The translations under genes and the position numbers were made by a program. A DNA stretch of 64,000 nucleotides, from contig CAJINV010000010.1 of the NCBI GenBank assembly GCA_905178155.1, positions 1,633,182 through 1,697,181 of the forward strand, given 5' to 3'. Position 1 is the first letter of the stretch. The number at the start of each line of letters is the position of its first letter. The DNA comes from Amoebophrya sp. A120 (Eukaryota; Protista; Dinoflagellata). The notes beneath the pieces are model-generated. The model made no database searches. It had not been told where the DNA came from and saw only the letters and a program-made list of their open reading frames with translations. This document shows positions 23,465 to 35,900 of this stretch, piece after piece.

Positions 23465-25895
23465 TCACAAGATATTGTTGAGTGCGATTGAGGAAAGAGC
23501 TTTATTTGAGTGCTATCTTCACACAAGCAGACATGATATTTGAGTACTATTGAGGAAGGAGCTTCATTTCTGTACGTGGAACATGAGTGACAAGCATGAG
23601 TCCCGTCGTCTTTCTGAGCGTGTTTTTCATTTGTTTACTTTTGCTCAGATGATGTTGGGGTATCGTATGTGGTTCCTCAGGTGCAGACGTTTTTGTCGTG
23701 GGGCTTGCTCTTCGTTGGTTCTTTTCCAGTCGCAAAGCGCCGGGAGGGCGCCGCCAAGGACGGGCGTGCTGGTCGATGGTGGTCGTTCTCGGCGTGGCCT
23801 GCGAAGAAGCCGGCGGAAGGCAGGGCGCGCTGGCGCCAAGAAATCCGCATCGGTTGGAATGCCGCCAGCAGACGAGCCGCGGGCGCCAAGAAATCCGCGC
23901 CATCGAGGAAGAGGGTGGCTCGCTGCTGTATCGCGCCCTCGCTTATACCTTGGCGCCCCGCGCCCTCTTTGTTTTGTGTGCCCGGGCGCGCCCGCCGGCC
24001 AACCCTGTGAATGTCGTGGGCCCGGGCGCGGGGGACCGCCCGCGCCCCTCCGGCACGCAGGCCGCGGCCGGGCCGCCGCCCCGGCGCGCAGGCATGTCAG
24101 GCAGGGGGCCAGGGCTCCGCGTGGGCAGGCCCGGCGGACCTTTTTACCCTTCCCGGCGTTCGTCCCCGTTCGTATAGTTTTTCGCCAGGAGGCAAAGCGC
24201 CGCCCGCCGCGGTCGTACGTAGCAAGCGCGCCCGCCAGGCTTGGGGGGGGTGTTGGCGCGGGGCGTAGCGCTTGGGCGGATGAAGTGGGGACCTCCTCCC
24301 ACAAACTCGCTCCTGTTGCTCTGCCGGTCTAACCGCGGACATTACGAATGGCATTGCGTGTCCGCTGGTACTTGTCAAAGCGATGCTACTGCTAGCTCGA
24401 AGGATTTTCTGCGAGATGTTGTGGCCGGCAGTAGGAGAAGACCGATGACAAGACGCAAAGCCTGCGAGCAAGGATGTTGTTGAACGCAGCATGTTCACAT
24501 GGTGCAGGATTTATGATATCTCAGCGCCCTGGAGATCATTGATCAGGAACGTCCTCGAGATTACACAAGATATTCATATTGTTATTGCTGAGTGCTGTTG
24601 AGGGAAGAACTTCAACTTTTATTCGAGTGCTATCACGTCGCAAACAGGCACGACAGTATTTGAGTGTTATTGGGCAAGAAGAACTATTTCTGTATGTGGA
24701 GCAAGAGCTTGAGCACTAAGTAATTGTAATTCTTTGAGCGATAAGCATGAGTCCCGTCCTCTTTCGGAGCGTGTTTTATTTCATTTGTTTATTTCTGCTC
24801 AGATGATGTAGTTCCTCCGGCACACAGGAGCACTTTTTGCCTTGGGGCTTGCTCTTCATGCTTTTCCGGGCGCAAAGTAAGCGCCGGAGGGCTGGCCGCA
24901 AGGGCGGGCGTGCTGATAGATTGGTGCTGGTCGGTCCCGACATGGCTTACAAATGAGCGGCGAAGCGTGCGGCGAGTATGCAAACAAGGCAAGCGCGAAG
25001 AGGCAGCGCGAAGTCCTAGCGCTCAGCCTTGGAGCATACCAATCGCCACCAAGCGGCCTTCGATCGGATGGCAATGCGCCGCCGTATTCCGCAAGCGCTG
25101 GAGCTGGACTCCGTGGCAATCAATGGCGACGCGCCGCCCTCGCTTGTGTCTCTCTGGGCGCCTCGCGCCCTAGCCTGGTGTCTGTATGGCCGCGCCGCCC
25201 GCGCGCCCTTTGTCTGTGCCCTCGGGCCAGGCCCGCAGGGCCACCGGCCCGCCCGCCCTGTCCGGGAGCGGGTGGAATCGGCATGGCGTCCGCTGGAGCA
25301 GTGGCGCCCGCCGCCCAGCCTTGCCAGGGTGCGCGGCATGGCAGGGAGCCAAGGCCCCGGGTTGGCGGGCCCGATCTTTGCACCCACCTTGTTTTTCGGC
25401 GTTCGTCTTCGTCTGCAAGGTATTTCGCCACGCGGCAGAGCCCCGGCATGTCTGCTGTCAATCGTAGCGCGCCTGCCAGACTCGGAGAGGCGCGCGTCCG
25501 TGCGCCGCGTGGCGCGCGGGTGGAGGAGGTAGAAATATACCACTGCCTGGTGCAGCTCTGTCAGTCTAACCGGGGGAGATGAAAGCCAATTGATTCGTGT
25601 CCGCTGGTTGCCAGAGAGATGCAAACTCGAATGATTCTCTGTGAGACGTTTCTGCACCCGACACTAGTAGGCGAAGATGCAACAGCAAAGAAAGCCTGCG
25701 AACAAGGATTCTGAAGAACAGCACGTAAAGCCTGCGAACAAGAGCAAGATTATGTACCAGCTTGCTTCGTGTTCGCGTGTAGAGACGACAGAGTCTGACG
25801 CCTCAAGATCATCAAGAAGGGACTCTAGCTCAGCATTCACATCATGGTGCAGGATTCATGATATTGCAGCACCCTGGAGATCATTGATCAGGAGC
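23465..25895. repeat. Diverged tandem duplication, two units (~23465-24550 and ~24562-25895) with GC-rich cores
   Basis: Shared anchors in the same order: cacaagatatt, aagcatgagtcccgtc, tgctcagatgatg, gtctaaccg, aaagcctgcga, catggtgcaggatt, ccctggagatcattgatcagga. Confidence 0.85.
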
Positions 25896-26949
25896 TGAGT
25901 TTTGATCTTGTTTTTGTCCAACAAGACGTAGAGCTGCACATTAATAGTCGGTCTAAGTTTATTCTTCAGATGAATGGCAGCCAAAGGAGTCTGCATTTCT
26001 AAGGACTTCAAATCGCCACAAAGAGTGGTCTAGACATAGACTAGAAGTAAGTAGTGCTCTTCGCTCGGTCAGTCTCGGTTTCATCGTCTATCGGTCGTGG
26101 TATTCCAACTGCGACCACCGGAATGTCCGTTTTTCAGTTTGTCTTGAGAGACTCAGCCGCTCCTGCCAGCAATTCCATCCTCGTGTAGACCCCATTTAGT
26201 ATTATCTTCAGTCAAGAAGATGTTGATCATCCTCTGTCTCCTTCGGTCGGAACAAGGAGTGCCAAAACTACATGATAGATCACGAGTCAACTTCTGTCAA
26301 CCTACAGGGACCCGGGAAGTAGCCCCCTTCCTATTTGTGTGTGAAACATCCTATAATTTGTACTTTACCGTACGGAGGTTTTGCCTTCATATAAGCGGTA
26401 GTGCAATAGAAATCAACTGTGTAGCTTGCAAATAAAAATATCGGCAGCTCGTTTCGAAAGCAGCCTCTCGAAACTTTTTCACTCGTCAGTAGTTGACACG
26501 ATAACGGTTAGTGAACTCCCAAATACAATAAGCACGACCTTGCGTGCTCCAAAAAGTGAAAGTCGCACTGAAATTCACTGCATCTGTATCCTTCTAGTTA
26601 TTCATTTTCACGTTTCTATCTAATTCTATCTCTATTTCGCCTCTTTGACGCCATTTTTTTTCTCAAATTTAATTTTCACCAGTAGCATCAACATCTCAGC
26701 GTTTTTTTACGTTTTTTAGCTCCTTTTTTTTTATAAGCTCGCTTGATCAAAGCGGAGTCTTTTTTTTTTTCTTACTACTTGCGTACGAAGTAAACTGTTG
26801 CTTCCACTTCTATAAGGAGCACAGTTTTTATTTCAGCTTTTTCGCGCTGATAACTTTTCACGTCGTGACACTGACAACTCTTACTACGTTCCTTTAAGTT
26901 TCGCCGTAGTTTCGGTCGTTGCGTAGAAATCCAGTAATTGCCGCCCACC

Positions 26950-29900
26950 ATGGTGTTCGGCATGTTTGCATCGGCGGAGGATCCGCCCGCGCCAGCGGCG
27001 GATACCAGCGAGATGCTGGAGGAGAATCTCGAGGAAAACGACAATGCGCTGGCCCACGCCCCCGTCGCTTCGAAAAAGCCAGGCGGGATTGGCAAGAACA
27101 AAAAATCCGCTGGTGCCGAGGGCGAAACCACGGGTGTGGAGCTGGCAGCGGTCACGATTGACTCGCCCGCGGCATCAAAGGATGACAATTTTGATCGTCC
27201 CCCACCGCCGGCGCGGAAGACGACGGAGATGTGGACGGGGGAAGACCCGAACACGTTGAATCTGAACATGATGAAATCCGAGAATCTGCCCGAGTGGTTC
27301 ACGTCTGGTTTGGAACAGTTTGATAAGGATGGGGACGGGGAGCTGCACAAGGACGAGATTATGCACTGGGTTAATGTGATTTTGCGGATGCGGCAGAAAA
27401 AGGAGGCGAACGCCCCGGATATCGACTACAGTGAGTTTCTATGCATTGCAAAAGCATCGTACGTAGCATAAATTGCATTACAAATTTTCTCAGCATGAAA
27501 AATTGAATTTGTCATGCTGTTTTACCTTGGAAAGGAGATTTTTCATGCATGCCTGCAATTGGTACGAGTGCGATACTTTTGCACAGAATAGTTTCCGCAG
27601 CAGGTGAAAGATGTGATGGCGCGGTGGGATGTCGATCAAAACGGCTTGATCACGGTCAGTGAGCTGGCGGCGGCCGGGCAGGCACAGGAAAAGATGGAGA
27701 AGGAGAATCGGTAAAAAGGGATTCGGATTGTAGTTTGTCATGCGAAAGTTGAAATCACATTCACACTCTTTCACACTTGTCTCGTCTTCCAATGGCAATA
27801 CGAATACTGCTCTATGCAACAGAAATTCCGTCTTTTCGCCTGAACAACAGGTACATGAAGATCGCAATCGCGGGTCTGGTCGGTGTGATCGTTTTACTGA
27901 CGGTCCTCATGTTCGCGATGGGCTACGCTGCCGCGGAAGCTTATCAGATTGGAATCAGTTTCGTACGTTGTTGAGTCGCTAGAAATGATGGGAAAGTTTG
28001 TCATGCAAGAAAGTACACGATGAAGTTTTGATCTTCTGTTCATCAGTTTGAGTTTGATAAGCAATTCTGTCATAGTACGAAGACATGGTCGACAGGGAGG
28101 ACCAATGCAGAGAATGCAGCGTCTGAATTCCCACTGGCAAGATGAACTCAACGAGCGCCCTTTTGCTCCCTCTCGATACCTCTTCCAAGGACTACCGCCC
28201 CGCGTCTGCCGACCACGGCCGGCGGCGCGCGCTGACCGAAGCTACTCTCGCCTCCGAGCAGTCCGCTATGCATTGCAAACGGATCGTACTAGTGCAAATC
28301 GCATTACAAATTTGCTCAGCATGAAAAATAAAGTTTGTCATGCCGGCTTGCCTTGGAAAGCAGTTTTGTCATGCATATCTGCGACTTTAGTACCGCAAGA
28401 CCGCGATTCTTTTGCGTCGCATATGAATGTACGGCGAACGCCTGCGGTTGCTGCACGCGGAGGGTGACGATTCTTCCACGTTGAAAAATCCCCCTGGGAC
28501 GTTTATGGAGGAAGATTTGACCATGAGCACGGCCATGTGCACGAACGTTCTCACCGGGATGGGGGAAGTCATGGAGATTCTCACCACCATCAACCCGAAA
28601 TCCGCGGGGAGACTGCAAACGCTCACTGTTCCCACTTCCCAAGGACAGAAGGTGATCCAATTCTCGGGCGTGACCGTGTCGGACAGGCAGTCCTTGACCG
28701 AAGGGTCCATCCGCGAGTTCTCCCAGGAGGGCGGTGGGCCCAAGATCCGGCTCGTGGCCCCCCCGATGCCGATGTATAACGCGACGGATCCGTGCTTTGT
28801 CTACCCGGAGCGGCGGATGGAGTTTGTGGACGGACAAAGTGGAAACATTGACGTGGTGACCGAGTATTTTCTATCCCACAACGGCTGTCCACCGGTGACC
28901 GGCCCGCCGCTGCCGAATGGAAACCCCGCTTGTGCGCCCCCGACGCCTTTATTTAACGGCTCCATGCCGGATCGGGCGGCCTGTGTCGCCACCGTCCCGA
29001 CGCTGGTGGTACAGTGCGAGGCGCAGAAGCCGAACCCGGTGGGGATGGGGACCATGCCCGCACTGCACACCTACTGCGTGAACGGAATGTGCAATCTGGG
29101 AAACTTCACGATCTTTTACAACGTGATGCCGAACAAGCCGCTTGGCCAAACCGCGGAGACCGTGTTCCTGTTGTGGGACACGAACAATGACACGATTGTC
29201 GACGAAATGGAAATCAACCGGGGGCAGGGCCAGGCGGCCCCGGACTTCCAGCACGCGCAGCAAAGTTTGATGACAACGAGTCAAACCGTGCAGAATTACG
29301 TGACTCACGCACTGGTGCACGGGAACACCACTACCAGAAGACGGATGTTGGAGGCGCAATTGATCGCTGGGACGTTCGAGACAGAACGGCGGCTTTCGGA
29401 AGACGGTCAGACCGAGCGGACTTTGATGGCGAAGCCGTCTTGGTGGACGGCGGGAGATCCGCGGCGGATTACCGACATTGCGACCAAAATCTGCATGGTC
29501 AGCAATAGTATCCTGTGCAAAAGCGTCGTACTCGGTTACTTCATCGGATTCGTGCAAGACAAATTTCTGGGTCAACCTAAATCAGCATGACAAGTTCCAT
29601 CTGTCATCCTGAGCTGCTAATTTGTATTGCAATGCCACGAGTACTATGATATTTTTGCAGTTCATACACAGCCACTGCGCCAACTCGGTGGAAGCGGATC
29701 GATTGGCAGAGGCTTTGTGCGAAGGTGACAAAATAGTACGTCTCTTTCATGATTCAGGTTTCGACCTGCTTGCAGAAGAAAGCAACATAAATAGTTCTTT
29801 CATCCCTTGTGCTTCTTGATTCTGCATCAGCACATGATCCTGTGGTCCCTGTGCAGTTACAAAAATCGCTATCAAGAATTCTGATGTACTACTTACGCAC

Positions 29901-32900
29901 GACAAACTCTACAAACAGGTAACGAAGCGCTGTGCGAGACCGCTCCGGCTATGACCCGTTCTTTGGACCGTGATGGCGACGGTCGCGTGAATGAACGCGA
30001 ATACGAGGCGATTCACGAGAAAGCGCGTCCGGATCCCGACGCGCGGAACCGCCGCGACGTTGAGGAGCCCAGGCCGGATTCCGATGTTTGCCCGAATTTC
30101 AACACGCCGGATATCGGCGACGGGATTGACTGCGGGTCGGAGGAAGACTTGGGGAAACTGAAAGACATGGCGGACAAACGTTCCTGGTGCTCGAAGGCGG
30201 CGGGGAGAGACGGCATTCTGGATAACGAAGAGTGCAAAAACGCCAATCGCGTCCCCACAGCTTTTGACACGATGGCGGAGATGCAGGCGCAGGGCGACGT
30301 CCGGATGAAATCGATGATTGAAAACAGTGGGGTCGGACTCCCCGCGTGCAAGCAGTTTTACATGCGGGAAAAAGCTTTAGATGATCCTGTCGCTGAGGTG
30401 ATCTGCCACATCCGGGATTTTGAGTACCCTTTCATGGATGAGTCTTCCGGTTTGTCCGCGAAGGAGGCGAACCTGGACATGGGACTACTGCTGGAACGGT
30501 ACGGGTCGGAAGGCGCTTCCGCGTCTACCACCGTCCGGAAATTGCAGCAAGAATTGGGGTTTGGGAAACGCACTCGGGACAAATTCGGGAACATCATCAC
30601 GCAAGAGTCCGCTTTGGCGCGGCAGGGCACGGATGTGCAGGATGACCCGTTGCACTACCACGTGTTCGAAAAACTTATCAACACGCCCCGCGCCCGCCGG
30701 ATGGAGCAAAAGATCATCAACAAAGAGCGGAAACTTCGTCAGAAGCGGCGGATGCTGCACGGATCGAACTCCGAAATGTATGAGTCGTGGCTTTTGGCGA
30801 GACGGCTGAAAGCGACGGAGAAATTGCGGAGACGCCGGGTCTTGCTTGCGTTTGACGAGGAGAAGGATGACCCGGAGGTCACCCACCGCAAGTTACAGTC
30901 GATCAACCGGCGACTGGAGCAAATTTCTGAAGCGAAGAACAGCGGCGAAGCCGCCAGTTCCCTCCGTCGGTTGGAGCAGACCGGTCGGAGGCTGTTAGCG
31001 GAAGATGATGATGGTGATCGAAAGTTGCGGTTCTTACTGGACGATGACAACCACTTGATCACGCGGAATTTACAGCAGTACCAGCAGGAGTTCAAGATTG
31101 GCTCCACCTCGCGGCACATGCGGGAATTGATGACGCTGACGCACGCGGGGAAAAGAAACTTGATCAGTTTGGAGCAGATTGGGGAAAAGGTCATGAATTA
31201 CATCATCACCGACGATGTCGATGGTCTGCAGACCTGGGCCATGACCATGCTCCGCAGCGACATCCGCATCTCCATTCCGAAGCAGGCGATCTTGTACTTG
31301 CTGTACGACGCCCGCGACCCGTTGGGGATTGGGATGGGCGTGGCTCGGTATTTGGATCAGTTTATGTCGGACAACCAGGCGGAGGAAATGCGGGAAGAGA
31401 CCGGGCGGATGCCGGAGTCGCAAGACTTTTCCCGCTACGACCGCGACGGCGAGACCCTTGCCGACGTGCGGCCCCGCATGCGGCAGCTGTCCCACCAAAG
31501 ACGCGTTTTGGTCGAGATCGCAGAGCGGCGCCGGATGCGGGCCTTGCAGGAGAAGGATGGGAATCAGCGACGGAAGTTGCTGGAAGAGACTGATTCCATT
31601 CACCGCCGGCTACACGAAGTGGCACGGCACGATCCGGACGAAACACGGGTGTTGAACTCGGAAGAAATTCGGCAGATGAGCGAACAAACGCCGTTGAACG
31701 AGCGGGAGACAGAGCGGGTGATTGAACACTGTCGGAGGGAGAATAGAGACTTGGAAGGGGCGCAAGCGCGGCAGTTCACGCGGTTGCTGAAGCAGCTGGA
31801 TTTGTCCGACTCGGATATGAGTGCACAACTCCCCCTGCGCCTCCCCCTCATTTGTATTTAGCATGAACAGCAATACAAACTACACCAGCACACGCAGAGC
31901 GTATGCATGACAAATTTCTTGTGTGCCCAATGTAGTGCTTCTTCTTGGGCTCCTTCCGGAATCATTTGTGATGCAAACAGTGCCACAAGGCAGCGACTGG
32001 ATTTGGGGTGTTGCATGACAAATGAGGAAGAGGGGGAGTTGTGCACTGTCATATCGGAAAGGCGGGAACTCCGAGACGCCGCGGAGGATGCTGGGATGTC
32101 CTCGGATCGGGATGAAGAGCCCGTGGCCTGCACCCCGTGCGCCTTAGCCACCGCTCCCACGGTTGGGATGACCCCGGACCACTTACGGGATGCCGTGTTG
32201 AACAACAACGAGCGACAGGAGGGCAACCCGGACTGGTGCGCCACGCAGTTCCAGGACATGCAGGCCATGGCGGTCAATGTCCCCACCTGTCTATGAGAGT
32301 GGACAACTCCCCTTCCCCTCATTTGTCTATGCAAAATCGCAAATTCAGGCTGTGCCTCTTGGCACTGTTTGCATGACAAGTTCTGGTAGGAGCCCAAATA
32401 GCACTACACTCCAGTGGAAATTTGTCATGCAGAGCCGGCATTCTTACTGATGCTTGTATTGCAGTTCATGCTATACAAATGTACTGGAGGGGGAGTTGTC
32501 CACTGTCATACTGTCTCGGCGCGAGTCAGAACGCGACTACGGGGGAATACATGACCCCGATCGCGACCTACCCGGCGGACCAGCCGGTGACCTTGCCGCG
32601 GGTGCCGGAAGCATACACCGGCGCGATTGCGGCTGCAAACACCGCTCCGACCACGGGGAATTTGATGGCGGCCGGGTCGGTGACGCCCCAAGCCGGCGAC
32701 GTGATCGACCCTTACACCTGCGCGGGCGCGAAGCCGCCGGCCCAGCCCGGAGCGGCGGCGGCGATTCCCGACACGCAGTTCCCGACTTATGCCCAGGCGG
32801 GTGGAACTAGGCGAAGTTTAAGGACTTTTGACCAATCGGACTTGGTATTGACGACGAAGCCGAGAAACCTTTCGAAGCAGCACGTCAATAAACACAAGCG

Positions 32901-35900
32901 GCCGAAGGGGCGGAGTCTCACCGCGAACGTGTCTCCCTCTCTGGATCTTTTTGCGCACTATCAAATGCAAATATGTCTGGGTCTGGAAACCTGTGATGCT
33001 GAAATGCGCATGAGTGAAACGATTGCAATAGCAGCCAAGCATGACAGGTTTTTTGAAAGCTTATTTCATTCTAATGCCCAGCACACATTAGACATCACGA
33101 ATTGCATTTCTGCATGACAAAGCAAGCTGCTCTTTTGCCGCTCGTGCAACACAGATTTTTCAGGAATGCAAGATATGCATTGCAAAGTCCAGCTTCCCAG
33201 ACCCAGACATACTTGCAATGCATACGCACAAGTCCAAGCCCATGTCGTACGCGAAACAGTTGCAGAGAGAGCAGGAGGTGGAGATGCGGCGAGTCCGGAG
33301 GGAGCGACGGTTGTTGGAGGAGCACATGCAAATCGGGAATGACGAGCCTGGTACAGCTTCTTTGAGTAGGAACCCAGAAGCGGAGATTCTCTACGACGGG
33401 AACGGTCGGAAGCTGATGCCGGCGCTCTCCCAGACGATTTGCCAGTCCGCGAACATCCCCGATAGTGAATACCTTTGTTGCCACACGGGGATTTGCATCA
33501 CGGAACACGCGAATCCAACGCAGATGGAGAATCCAGACCGGGACATCACGCAGGGCGGGGAGCCGATGGCGCGGATGGACCCGGAGCCGCCTGCGCCGGT
33601 GACCTTCTCGCAATTCGTGGATCGCATGATGCATGAATTACCCTCGTGTAAGAAACTTCCCCCGGAGGAGCGGCAGATGCCGCTCGACGCGGCGACCCAG
33701 AACTTCGACCTCGACCACGACCACACGTTAGCTTTCAACATGGAAGTGGACAAAATGGGCCCGGGGTGCGTGAAGGAGTGCGGCTGCCACTACTTAGGCT
33801 TGCATCCGAACACCGGGGAAGATGTCTTGGTGAACATCTGCAACTACCAGGCGGAAGTCCGGTGCGGCTGCATGAAAAACAAAAAGCATTGCTTCGACGA
33901 GATCATGCGGACCTGGGAAGAGAAGGGAGGAACCCGCGATGAGCGGGGGAACAACCGGAGGGCCAGGATGCAGCGGCGAGAGCGCCGCCGCCGGAATCTC
34001 CGGGAGAGCCGGTTGCAGTCCGGAAACTTTCGTCGGTTGACGAAGTTCGACGTGAAGAAAGTGCATCACAAAGTGGAGATGCAGAAGGACCACAGGGCGC
34101 ACTTACTCCGACGGGTTTTGCAGGAGAATGACGTGGAAAAGATCGAATCCTTTGAGAAGGAATTCCATCTCGGGTTCGGAAAACGCCACAAATCTTTCCG
34201 GGTTTTGACCGGGAAAACCGGGGACCGGTTCCGACAGCTCGCGGTGGTCGACCATTTCCACCGCCGGCTGCGACGGCAGCGCCGGATGTTATCTACTTCA
34301 CAGACAACCGGCGTCCACGAAACTGCGCTCGGTTACCACAACATGGGTACCGCGGTTGCGACCGGTGTGGTCGCGATGGCGAACCCGGCCACTTCTCCTC
34401 CACCGACGACTGGTCCGCCGAGCTACATCGAGTCTGCCGTTACCACCGCTTGGCTGCCGGACACGACGACGCCACTTCCCCCTAGACCCGCTACCATCAC
34501 CGAGACCGCGACCACGCCGCCGGCTTTAGTGACCCCGATTTCCGGGAACCGGACCACGCCAATTACGGTAAAAGCGGTGATTGACCAGTCGTTCTTCGAC
34601 TCCCGGGACGGCATGTTCAAGCAACTTTTGTACATGGACGTGAACCGGCGGGAACCTCCGCCCAGAAACATTACCGCCGACCCCTACGACACGGTGATTT
34701 GCGCCACGTTTGAGCAGAACGCGAACACCCACGCCCCGCTCACCGAGTGTATGAACGCGATGCCGTGGGACCCGGACGTGATGGGCTATCACCCCCAGTT
34801 TTTTGATGACTACCACGCGGGGACAGTGCATTGCCCCACGGGAAATGACAATGACTGGTCGGGAACGGCGTATGCGACCGCGATGGCGAATTTCGACGGG
34901 AACAGAAACGGAGACGACATTGATTTTCTCCAAAACACTATCCAAGAAAAAAACTGTGTAAGTGTAACTTTGTGTTGCAGAAAATGCAAAACTTTTACAC
35001 TCGTCATGCTGGACATGCATCAGAGGATATTTTCGCACGTGTTTTCAAGTACTAGCTAGGCATGACAGGTTTTCTGCGTCATGCAGAGCAAACTTGTGAC
35101 GCTATTCTTCCAAGAGACTTACACTTACACAGTTTTTTTCTTGCATAAACACCCCGGAAGGGTACACGTGTTTCGAGGGCATGATGGTGCCGGATTACAC
35201 GGTCAAAGAACACGAGGACGAAATGTCGAGTCGCAAAACTTCTGGCCAGGTCTTGCATGAGGTTTGCAAGCCGCAGCAGAACCCCTTCGGCCCGGAGTTG
35301 AAGATGGAGTTGGAGAATTTCGCTTACGAGCACTTCACGGAAATTGACGCGTGCCCGGACTGCTGCGAGGGCTTTCCGACGCTTGGGGATTTGATGCTGC
35401 ATGAAGTGCAGCTTGCGTTCCCCGAACCGGGAGTTTTCCACAATCGGGAACTAAAGCAACCAGCGCTGCGACGGCAGTTCGACGCGCTTGAAGCTCGGGT
35501 CGGCACTTCCCCGAACGTCCAGGAACGGGCGCACAACAGCGTGATGGAAAAGGAGTTCGGTGCGCACAGCATCATCGAAGCCGTGACGTTCGGAATTGCT
35601 TCTGGGGATATCGCCCCTCTGATTGAGAAGGCGATGGACAAATCTGGCGATATTTTCGATTCGATCAAGAATTACGCGAGCCGGGATCCGAGTAGCGATG
35701 AATTGACGTTTGGGGAAATCAAAGCTTATTACGAGGATTGTCAGAAGTCGCAGCGGCCGCCCGGTTTGAGCTCCGAAGTCTGCGAATTGCTGAACAAAAT
35801 GATTGACATTCTGGAGCAAAAGATTCTCCCCCCGGCGTCGGCGGGTCGGGATGCCATCCCGGCGACGGCTTCAATTTCCCGGATGGAAATCATGATATCA

